This document shows positions 26,701 to 38,700 of a stretch of DNA of 63,759 nt, one piece after another. Source of the DNA: Laetmonice hystrix. Its lineage: Eukaryota. Under the pieces are notes generated by a model. That model did not search any database and was not told the origin of the DNA. It saw only the letters and a program-made list of their open reading frames with translations. Location: contig OZ249437.1 of NCBI GenBank assembly GCA_965235115.1, positions 33,914,001-33,977,759 of the forward strand, given 5' to 3'. The position numbers and the translations under genes are program-made. The number at the start of each line of letters is the position of its first letter. The first letter of the stretch is position 1.

Positions 26701-29700
26701 CATCCTGAGAAGAGGACACATTCTGTGGGATCTTTATGTTATAGAACGAAATGATGAAAAACAGTCTTTGTAGAATGATTCAATGTACCCCTGGCAATCA
26801 TTTTTACTTTTTATTGTAATTACTGAACCTGCCTATTTTTAGATGTTGATGGTTGTTACAATTCTCAACCTGCGTTGTAAGCAAGTGCACATTTTAAAGA
26901 AAACTGTGTGTTTTGATTGTTGCAGGATTTGTACGAGGCCCAAGCCCAGCTGTTGCGTTACGTGCTAGAACAACCTTACTCTCGTGACATGGTCTGCTCC
27001 ATGCTGAGCCTCAATAAACAGGTACATGTACATTACATGCTATGCTTCCGCCCCTAGCCTAAAAGAAACTGATCAACTGGAAAGATGGTATGAGAACAGT
27101 GTTTTTTACCATCCATTTGGTCAAAATCTTACCTTTTGCAGCTTCCTGCCAGTGCCACTAGGGGGCAGGCCGGTCACCATGCAAAGCTTCTTGTTCCTTA
27201 CACGAGGGGGCCAGCAACCCAACAATTTGTGGCCACTTGTGGACATCAGTGCTTGCTTTCAGATAGCTTTTTATTATGAAACCTTAGTTTTGTTTTTCTC
27301 AGTCCAGTTTTAGTGCAGTGAAATCACTTGTACTGTATACTGCGGGGAGAACTCATCAAATGCGCATTCAGGACCACACAAGTTTTGGTTTGATGAAAAG
27401 AAAGGTTTCAGTCAAACTTTCTTTTTATTTTATTTGCACATTGAAGAACCACAACAATCATACCAGCTCTACAGATAACATAGAACTGCCTTAGTAACTC
27501 AAGTGGCACCAGCCTAAAATTGACAGGTATTGGATAGACCCTGCCAAGACTAGGCTTAGTCCATGGGCAAACGTGATGGGGCATGAAATCGTGAAATCGA
27601 TGTCACCAACTTGTCTACAGCCCCTTTACCCATATATATATTCCTCTAAGAGTAAACTTTCTTTATACATAATCAAGAAGGCATATAAGTCAATACTGTT
27701 TTTACCATATATCCTTTGAATATATATATTGTTTGGCAAGTGCCCTCCAGAATTCATAGACAACCGGGCAGTAAATCTTTCTTGCCGGTCCTTCTTACTC
27801 CCTAGACAAACTATGGGATCACACTGGGTATCACTTGGGAGTGGGACTGCGTCAAGGCTCGTTGCATAGGGACGGTTTTAATCCAAGAAATGTTTTCAGA
27901 GAGGACCAAGGATACCTTTACTCAGGCAGCATAACAGGCAGCTTGTAGGCCTAATGAATTTGGTGATGACCAGTTAATTAAGAATTATGGATTTATGCCT
28001 TTTAGATCCGATTGTTCTTTGTTCTTTATGCAGTGGAGCAAGAAAATAGAGCGCTCTTCAGGAAACAGCATCATGATCAGTGTCAGTATATAGGTTACAT
28101 CTGAGTGGACCAAAGTCGACAAACCATTCGCAGAAAAATGAAATTATTGTATAAACACCCCTTTCTATAAGTTTGATGCGTTTGTTTTTAAGTACATTTT
28201 TTTCCAGTTTAAAGTTCGTTTCTCTGTTTGGGTTCATGTGTGGAAATTTTCAATGCTGCCAACTGTAATGTAAGAATAATATTCTTAGTGATTATGAGGT
28301 AGTAATTAAGTAAAATAGTAAATTGAAAACGTTTTTCAAAAATGCTCATAAAAATTCTGTACTGAATGATTTCCTAGACGTTGCAGTATCATGTACTGAG
28401 GTAAATGATTATTGTAAGGTTCTTGACAAATACATCTGTGGCGCTGTAATACATAATTATAGAAATATGCACAAAAAATTAATGAGACGAATTTTAAGAT
28501 GACATGCTGGTTTTTTGTTGCATATTTTCTGTTATACAAAAATGGTTGGCAGCATTGTAAAACATCTGCTACTGTTTGTTGGTTAACTACAGCGACAAAT
28601 GACTCCTTAACTTTATTTCAGTTATACTTTCTTTGAATCGGTCTTTTCATTGCATCATTGCTAGCTTCTGTGCCTGAAGTTTTACACATACATCCAGTCA
28701 CACACACACCTACAACCACTCCGAGTTTGTGTGTTTAATCACCTGTGACACAACACCCAAAACATTCTACCCTAAATAGGATGTATGTTTATGAAAATCA
28801 ATTCTGGTATCTCCAGCTGATGGCTCTTAAAGTTCATGTATGTTGCAGCCAATGAACAATTTTTGGAAGGACTTGAATAGCTAACTTCTGTTGTAAAGCC
28901 CAGAAGTATGCCCAGACAAATCTTTATCGGTTCTAGTAATTGTAGTAGCGAATTGTATTATATTATAGTGGTTTCTTCAAATTGTATATATATTCCCAAA
29001 TCTGCTGACAATTTATAATTCATTATGCTTAAGAATCAGTACTGCTGCTGCAGAACAGTTTATCGAACCTTAATGAAATGCAAATGCTGTGCAGTACTCA
29101 CAGCATGACTGGAAGTATGCTTTATTGCTGGGTATAAGTTGTACAGTGCTTTAATATGGGTGTTACTAATACGCGTTCTTTTTAACAGGCAGTGTATTGA
29201 GTGTGAGAAAATAAATTTTTGTGAAAGTGAGTTGATGCTGTCTTCCCTATTGATAATCTAGCTATTGTTAAGAGTGCCTTGCCCTACTCATGAGAAACAG
29301 TGAGAGTTGTATTTTCTATTTGTTCTTTAAAACTTTGTTTGGGGGGGGGGGCGTCTCCTATGTCAGCTATCTTTAGAACCAACAGTTGGGCACAGCAGCA
29401 GGGTAGAAAGCCCTGTTCTGTTATATTTGATCAGCATAATCCAGATTATAACAATTTGTGGGGGGATGTTTCATTGGAGGTGGGGTCTAGAACCTGTACG
29501 CCTTCCACTGACCTTTGTGGTGGGCAGCAAAACACATTCAGACAAAACTGGAGATAGATGGCAATTATTTCTTTATTGTCTGATCTTTCAGTCATCGAGA
29601 CACATTACTTTTACTGGAGCCTGTTCTGCACAGCGTTTCTTTAGCATATTGTCTCATTTTGCCATTGTTGGTCAGTCCCGTATTCAAGGATGGTGTGCAA

Positions 29701-32700
29701 GTCATTTTGTTTTGGCTTAGAACCCGGATCCATATGAATCAATTTTCTTGTCTCCAGTTTATGTATTGGTGCTGGGCTAACATGCATTCGCTAAGGCTTG
29801 GTGTAAGGCTGCCATGTTAAACTGGAACTCCACCATGTGCAACATGTAACAAGTAAGGTGTTTTGGGAAGTTCAGTAGAACAGACACTCCCCTCCTCGAG
29901 GAAAACAACATGAGTTGTTTAGTGAGCTGCAGCCTGCAGGACAGAACTCTTTACAGAAGTCTTTACTCAACCAACCCCATCACTGGCTTCTGCAACTCAA
30001 CGTCAACATAATTCTTATGTGTGCTTACTGCAAAGTCTTTGCCACGGAAGGTGTTGGGTTCTGTGCTTCCAGGAGATTCATTAGGGAAGAAGGCCAGAAC
30101 TTCCAGTTTAGACTGAGCGTGGGAGATGACAGACAAGATGCTGGTACTCCTTGAGTGTGGAGTTCGGGCATAGGGAACTGTTTCTCTGTGTTTCTCTTTT
30201 ACAGTGGTCCACATCGGGTAGATGGGCCAACGTACCTGTAAAAGAGGCCATTCCAAGTACTCCTGAAACCTCTGGGCAAAGAGCTCCTCTCCCCCAGGGC
30301 TTGAAGCATGTGGAGACTAGCCGTACATCACTTTTTAAGAAAGTAAGCTGTCAAATGGTGTCTGACAGGAGTCACAAAGCTTTTGGGCAGAAACCTGGGT
30401 TCTTTCAAAATATTGAAAGATTTTCAGCCACGGTCCTGGTTCCAAGGTTATGCAAAATGCATGACCGAGGTGGCTTTACTGGTTGCTATGTGAAGGTGGT
30501 CTGAGTGTTTTAGATGGTGGTAGGCAGCATTGGACATGGTTATATGTCTGGGATCTCCATCATTCATTACATGTTCTCTCAGCTGACGGGGACCAGAAAG
30601 GAATGCACAAACCGGATTCCCCACCATTCGAGAGGATTTCACTCAGAGAGGTGGGGTGTTGGTGAAAAACGCCCCGGTTACTATTGACTTACTGCAGGAA
30701 ATAACTAGCAAAAGGGAACAAGGCCAACAAGATCTACATCTCGAAGGATAGAAGTGCAAAAACATGAGGGATTAGTGTCTCAGTCCTGTCGGTGAATAGA
30801 AGAAATCGGTGAAGACCAAGAAGAACGTCCGTTCCGATGGTTGTGCACTTCACACTGCACACTTTTGTAGTGTTCTTTGTTGTACAGACTGCTCCCAAAC
30901 TAGAATGACACCTAATGATATTTTATTTGTGCCAAAGGTGGGCCCAAGATGTTTCGCCAAATTCTGCATCTTTTATGTGTGATTGACAGTCATATAACGG
31001 GCATGGATATATTTACACAATGAGTATCAATTTCCATAAGTCACTGATTTGATTGCTTAATACTGTTACTCTTGTCCCTCCTCCTAATTTCGATTTAACA
31101 CTTAATTGACATCTCAGGTTTTAGTTTAGAAAAAATTGTTGGATGTTTGATTTTACCATTTCTAAGCGTTGTTCAATTTAAGTGACTATTTATTATTGTG
31201 ATAATCCTGAATCTTTCATGTATGATTGAGGACTGGGAAAATATTATCAATGAATTTTATCTTTAGAAAATCTTTTTTTTTCAAAATTTTTTTCTTTTTT
31301 AAGAGATGTTTTTAAAAATATGGAGCAGGAGGTCGTGATGTTGTAGAGACCTGTTTGTAGGCGCGTTAAATTTATACCTGACACGTCAGGCCTGCTGACT
31401 GCAGGTTGGGGTGTGGACAACCGTGTGTTTAATTTACACCTGACACGTCAGGCCTGCTCTCACTGATAGGTTAGGGTGGACACCTGTGTGTTTAATTTAC
31501 ACCCGACACATCAGGCCTGTGCTCACTGATAGGTTAGGGTGGACACCTGTGTGTTTAATTTACACCCGACACATCAGGCCTGTGCTCACTGATAGGTTAG
31601 GGTGGACACCTGTGTGTTTAATTTACACCTGACACATCAGGCCTGCGCTCACTGATAGGTTAGGGTGGACACCTGTGTGTTTAATTTACACCCGACACAT
31701 CAGGCCTGTGCTCACTGATAGGTTAGGGTGGACACCTGTGTGTTTAATTTACACCTGACACGTCAGTCCTGCTCTCACTGCAGGTTAAGGTGGACACCCG
31801 TGTGTTTAATTTACACCTGACACGTCAGTCCTGCTCTCACTGCAGGTTAAGGTGGACACCCGTGTGTTTAATTTACACCTGACATGCCAGGCCTGCGCTC
31901 ACTCATAGGTTAGGGTGAGTTTGTTTAATTTACACCTTATCAGGCCTGCGCTCACTGACACCTCATTAGGCCTGCGCTCACTGATAGGTTAGGGTGAGTT
32001 TGTTTAATTCATACCTCGTCAGGCCTGTGCTCACTGATAGGGTGACTGTTTAATTTACACCTGACACGTCAGGCCTGCTCTCACTGCAGGTTAGGGTGGG
32101 TTTGTTTAATTTACACCTGACACGTCAGGCCTGCTCTCACTGCAGGTTAGGATGGGTTTGTTTAATTTACACCTGACACGTCAGTCCTGCTCTCACTGAT
32201 AGGTTAGGGTGACTGTTTAATTTACACCTGACACGTCAGGCCTGCTCTCACTGCAGGTTAGGGTGGGTTTGTTTAATTTGCACCTGACACGTCAGGCCTG
32301 CTCTCACTGCAGGTTAGGATGGGTTTGTTTAATTTACACCTGACATGTCAGTCCTGCTCTCACTGATAGGTTAGGGTGACTGTTTAATTTGCACCTGACA
32401 CGTCAGTCCTACTCTCACTGCAGGTTAGGGTGGGTTTGTTTAATTTACACCTGACACGTCAGGCCTGCTCTCACTGCAGGTTAGGGTGGGTTTGTTTAAT
32501 TTACACCTGACACGTCAGGCCTGCTCTCACTGCAGGTTAGGGTGGGTTTGTTTAATTTACACCTGACACGTCAGTCCTACTCTCACTGCAGGTTAGGGTG
32601 GGTTTGTTTAATTTACACCTGACACGTCAGGCCTGCTCTCACTGCAGGTTAGGGTGGGTTTGTTTAATTTACACCTGACACGTCAGGCCTGCTCTCACTG

Positions 32701-35700
32701 CAGGTTAGGGTGAGTTTGTTTAATTTACACCTGACACGTCAGTCCTGCTCTCACTGCAGGTCAGGGTGGGTTTGTTTAATTTACACCTGACATGTCAGTC
32801 CTGCTCTCACTGATAGGTTAGGGTGAGTTTGTTTAATTTACACCTGACACGTCCCGCCTGCTCTCACTGCAGGTTAAGCAGCGCTGTGCCGTACTGGAGG
32901 ACCAGCTTGTTGATCTCGTTGTCCTCGCCATGGAACGATCTGAGAATGATGACGCCAGTGCAGATGATGCAGGGATCAGCCAGTTGCTATGGCAACATCT
33001 GTCCAGTCAGGTCATCTTCTTCGTCCTGTTTCAGTTTGCCAGCTTCCCACACATGGTTCTTGCTCTGTTTGAAAAGGTACTGTGATTCCGACCATGTCTT
33101 TATGTTAAACTTATATTGCCTGCCTCCATTTTGCCACCATATCTGAATATTCCTGTCTTGAATAAGATTTGTTCAGCACTTGAGAGCAGTAAACGATGAT
33201 TATGAGAATACGTTTAACTCCAGTTTTGCGGTTTCTTGTTTAATTTTTGTAAATCGCTTTTAGATAAACTTGTAGTCATAGTGATGAAAATTAAAAATGG
33301 TTAAAAAATAAGGCTGTAATAAAGAAAATTTCGATTTCAGCTGAAGGGGAGGAACCTTAGGAAAGGGCGTGATCACTTGATGTGGGTCCTACTACAATTC
33401 ATTTCTGGCTCGATCCAGAAAAATCCGGTGAGATCCAGAAGAAATTCTGACTAGATTTTTAGGATGCATTTAGATCTAGAACTTTTGAGTTTGTAACCTT
33501 GCTATTTAGGATTCACCTTTTCCTCATTTTCCCCTAGGAATTGATTACGAGACTAAGTATAACTAAAAAAAAAAAATCTGTGGTGCAGACCAAAGGATGA
33601 TGTTTTTGTTCTGACTTGGGATGCACTTATTTGTGCTGCAGCTTGAGGACTTCCTGCCGGTATTGGGACTGTATGACCTGCTGTATCCTGAGAAGGACTT
33701 GATCGCCGTGCCAGACGTGAGCAAGGCATCCTCCACCCACAGTATGGCAGTGACCTGTATCTGGATCCACCTGAACAAGAAGGCACAGAGCGACAAGGTC
33801 CGCCTCCAGCGCCCCATTCCTAATGCTCTCAAGAATCACCTGGAGTAAGTATAGCAAATTACTACATGTAGAGTCAGACCTCATTTATCCCAACAGCTTG
33901 GTGCCCATTAAAATATATTCTGATTGTGAAACATCTGGATCACTGAATCATTTTAAATAGAAAATGGTAGAAGAGGTTACCTGAAAGTGTGTTCGGATTG
34001 TGAGGTATAGATATTAAAGAAGCACGGATTAACGAGGTTGAATTGTATAAATAAAGTCGAGCTAACATAATTAATAATAGTTTTTATGTTTGACTCATCT
34101 AAGGGTGATAGCCTTGAAATAAGTTCATGTCAGAGTTAAGTTGATTCATTTTGAGCAAAACTTCTGGATTTTTGGTTATTGTCTGATCATGGATATCTTT
34201 TACCCATCCTTGTTTATTAGCCACTTTGCCAGGATTTTTATACCAATGAAGTCATTTTCTAGGGATTGGCTGATTCTAATATTGGTAGCAATGATAATGC
34301 TATTAATACAAGAGGATCTCAATGTTTTTCAGTTACCTGCAGCAGTCATTGAAAACCAAGAACCTTCAGATGACTGACTACCGCATTGCATTGCTCTGCA
34401 ATGCCTGTAAGTATTGGTAGATACAATGTCGATTTCTTCTTGTTTCTTCCTGGTCAAGCCTGACTCTCTTTGTTACCAGGAACAGCATCGAGCCAAAAAA
34501 TGCCATCAATCTGTGGAGGCAAAAACATTTTATTTAAGAGAGTTTCCAGTTCCCATAATCCACTTTGAATGCACATCTTTTTCTTGGGTGATAAATGTGA
34601 CACGTTTAATTTATTTTCACTTTTACTGATCCTCGTTTCATAAACCTTCACTTGGTTCAATGTTATTACCCTTTGTGGCCATTTCAGACAGCACCAACAC
34701 AGATTACTTTGCACTGCCAATGGGAATCTTGGTGGAAAGTATTTATGGAACCACACAGCAAACCACCCTGTTGCCAGGCAACATCACCGCATCCAGCCCG
34801 ACCCAGCCACTTCCGATGAGCATGCTCGACTCCCTGACAGTACATGCCAAAATGAGGTAAGGAATGAAATCAACATTCAACACCCAGGGCTGTTATCAGT
34901 TTGATTGGTGGGGAGGATCAGAGTACCTGGTGATAGCCACAGACCTTGCAGCAAATGACTGCCAAACTGTAATATGAGGCATAAAATGCAATATACAGCA
35001 AAAGGAGAATGAAAAGAGGATAAACTAATATAGAACAAAATATGTGCAATTAGTTGAAAAGTGTTTCTAGCGTTTTCAATTTTGAGAAGAAAAACAGAAA
35101 GAAAGTCTGTAGTGAAAAGCATAGTACATGTAAATATATCGACATTCTCTGTGATATCTTTCCAGCAAGTTGTTTCTTTTTCATTTTTAAAATTTCAAAT
35201 GTTTTTCTCAACCAGTTTGATCCATAGCATCGTGACCCGTGTCATTCGCCTGGCACAAACCAAGTCTAACGTGGCGCTGGCGCCGGCCTTGGTGGAGACG
35301 TACAGTCGTCTACTTGTCTACATGGAGATCGAGTCTCTAGGCATCAAAGGATTTATCAGTAAGTCCAGCTCGCTTGGTTAAATATCAAAGTCGAGGAGAA
35401 AAATTTTACGAGCAAATCCTTCCTAAATCGGGACAGATTTTCCAGCCTTTTTTGATGTGCATTCACATGTCTGTGTACTGTAATATGTATGTGTAAAAGT
35501 GTACCTGTTTTATTTAAATGGAAAAGCAGCAGAAAGTAGAATCAGGTGTTACTGTTTTAGTATCAGCCCTCATTTATCAGGAGTGAGTAAGGTCAAACTG
35601 TGTTGTTGTTTCAGGTCAGCTCCTGCCCAGCGTTTTCAAGTCCAACGCGTGGGGCATCCTTCACACCCTGCTCGAGATGTTCTCATACCGTCTCCATCAC

Positions 35701-38700
35701 ATCCAGCCACACTACCGCGTCCAGCTACTCAGTCACCTTCATACACTGGCCTCAGTACCTCACACCAACCAAAACCAACTCCATCTCTGGTAGGACTTAT
35801 TTCTCAGACCGTCTCTTCACAAACCCAGAGAATATAGAGTATAAATTAAACAAGTGAAAAGAAGTGTCATAATGGTCCACAATGTTGAGATTTAGAGTGA
35901 AGTCCAGATCACAACTTGATTTAAAGATTCAAAATGTAATCCATCATTATCTGGGTTTGAAATAAAAGGAAACCTATAGAATAAAAATTAAACAAAAGGT
36001 AGACTTGGCCAAATGGCAAACACTAGGACAATTTACACAATAATATCATTGTCGCTGACAAACTTCAATTTTCCCATAGTGTTGAGAGCACGGCACTGCG
36101 GCTGATAATGGGACTAGGAAGTTCTGAAGTCCAACCCCAACTGTCGAGATTGGCCAATGAACCGAAGACAATGGTACTACTCTCTGGGGAAAGTGAGGAA
36201 CTGAATCGAGCCTTGGTGCTGACACTGGCACGGGCCATGCATGTTACAGGTATGTTTTAATGGTTGTAACTACAAAGATGGGCCCATAGGAAAGTAAGTC
36301 GTTGATTTCATCCATATGAGAGGAGAGGGTTTGACATCAGTACCATATGACAGTGTGAGATCATTTTGTTCCCAGGTTCAGAGACGATGTCCAGTATCTG
36401 GTGCCGTGAAATCCTACAGACCATTATGAAGCACACGCCACACTCCTGGTCAAGTCACACCCTCGCTTGCTTCCCACCCGCGCTTGCTGACTTCTTCCAA
36501 CAGAATGCGGTCACGCGTGATGACAAGGCGACCACCAAAAGAAACGTCGACACTGAATATCGCAAATGGAAAAGTGAGTTGGTTTTGACGTGTCAAATTA
36601 GTTAGACTTATAGATTGTAGCGTGTAGCATTTGGCCTGTTTAGGCGTCTGATTGGTCTGCTGGCTCCATAGGTTACAAGTTATTACATCATATTTTGATG
36701 TAAAATACCCACACAGAAACATCATTTATGAATTATAGGAATGAATTTAATTTGTAAGTCTGTAAATGACACCATCTTTAGTCATTTGTTTCAAATGTCA
36801 TGTACTATGTGAAGTGTTTATTCCAACTCTTACCTCTGAATCCAGGTATGGCGAGTGAAAACGATCTCATTGCCCATTTCTCTATGCAGGGAACACCGCC
36901 ACTTTTCCTTTGGTAAGGCAGTGATTGCGATTCTTTCAGCTTTTCAAATGATAATATGTGACTGATGATACAATTCCTAATTAATGAGACTAATTAATAC
37001 GGCGACAACAGGAGTTGTGAATTGTACATGAAATATTTCACATGATTGGGTATCATGGTTGGCAAGGTCTACTTTGAGTTGATCAGTTTGGATTTTCTTT
37101 CAGCATACTCTGGCGCTCTTTGCTGGAAGACAACAGGATCTCCCCTACGGCCTACAAGTAAGTCATTGCTGTAATTGACTCTCTTTTTCCCTGTCCTGTT
37201 TTGAAATTTCTGTAGAAACACGTTTTTTCTTCTGACATCAGGGTTCTGGAGCGGCTAGGACCACGAGCGTTGTCAACCCACCTTCGCACGTTTGCAGACT
37301 ACCTGGTGTATGAGTTCTCAAGCTCAGCTGGTGGAATGCATGTCAACAAGGTGCACATTCTACCTTCATCTCTGAATCATGTGAATTGGTGGGAATAAAT
37401 TTAGCAGGGGTATCTTCCTTAAGTGTTCCTCAGATAAAAAATCACTATATTTTGGCAACATCTTGCATTTTTGTATTTCAGTGTGTGGAGAAGTTGAATG
37501 ATCTGATATGGAAATGCAATGTGGTGCCAATAGACCGACTTGTCCTCTGTCTGGTAAGTTTGATATCAATGCCTGCATGTAAGGTGACATTCCTCTCTCG
37601 ACCTGTATTATACACGTTTGGCTTGCTTCATACCTTTTGATATTACGATTAGCGGTTTCCCTGACCTTTCAAGAGAGACTAAACCATGTTTGGAAAAAAC
37701 TGTAAAGTTCTTATAAAGCAATGTAGTGTAAGCTATAAAAATACAACACACCCTCAGTGTATCTGTTCCTGTATCTTTCAGTGATGTATCTGAATTTTAT
37801 TACTGGCTGTCTAACGTGGTGACGATTTTGTGATGACATTTGTAGGCACTGCGGAGTCTGGAGGGTAACGAGGCACAGGTGTGCTTCTTCATCATCCAGA
37901 TCCTGCTGCTGAAACCCAATGACTTTCGCGCACGTGTCCAAGACTTTGTCAAGGAAGTGAGTTGGATATTCAGTGAAAGTCTCCCTTTAATTTAATTAAA
38001 TTTCTGGACAGACTTCTTGAGTTGGAAGGCAGCTGTCTTTTGTAATTGCAACCACATCTATTTGAACAGAGAAATAAGGTTAATGTATTTTGATACTGAC
38101 AGATCATCAAATGGGAAAGAGCTATAAAAGACCTGCTTTTAAACATTTGGATTTGTGCTTATGTCATTCCTACTGTTTTTTTTGTTTCATTCATACAGAA
38201 TTCACCAAAGCACTGGATGCAGAGCAACTGGCATGAGAAACACATGCACTTCCACAAGGTAGGAACCCCAGTCTTCTGGTGGCATTTATCTTCTAGACTT
38301 GTTCCGAATAGTTTTAATTTATGCTTGAAATTTACCTCATACCAGTATTGTAGTTAGGACTTTTAATACTGCATTTCAAATTGATTGCAATGTCCCATAA
38401 ACTTCACAAATCATCAAAGCTTATTATTGTGACAATGTTTTTCTTTTAAAAACCTCTTTGAATTTCCGATTGTATTGTTTTGTTGCTTCAGAAATACCCA
38501 GAGAAGTTCTACTTCGAGGGCCTGCAGGACTTGAGCCAGCAGCCCCAGCCTCAGTATCTGCCAATCTACTTCGGCAATGTTTGCCTTCGCTTCCTGCCAG
38601 TTAGTACCAGTCAGCCAAAACACCAGTCTTGATTTACTGCTAGAGATCACCTTCATATCTCTTTAGTTCTTCATTTAATTTCTAAACATAGGGTTAATAA

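Noticed and set aside
26653-26709. C/D-box snoRNA-like ATGATGA ... CTGA in MED23 intron 8
   Set aside because: No terminal stem outside the boxes and no recognisable rRNA guide.
27709-28627. U12-like ATATCCTTT and TCCTTAAC inside MED23 intron 9
   Set aside because: Not flanked by coding sequence, and such 8-mers are expected by chance in AT-rich DNA.
29800-30850. Possible LINE or tyrosine-recombinase remnant (ORFs 29963-30256, 30448-30642)
   Set aside because: Only vague motif echoes (LCPNSTLKEY, FERTQ). There are many stops and no diagnostic catalytic motif.
32030-32830. TTAGGG in most units as an interstitial telomeric sequence
   Set aside because: Only one hexamer per unit, explained by a one-base change from the exon start GTTAAG.
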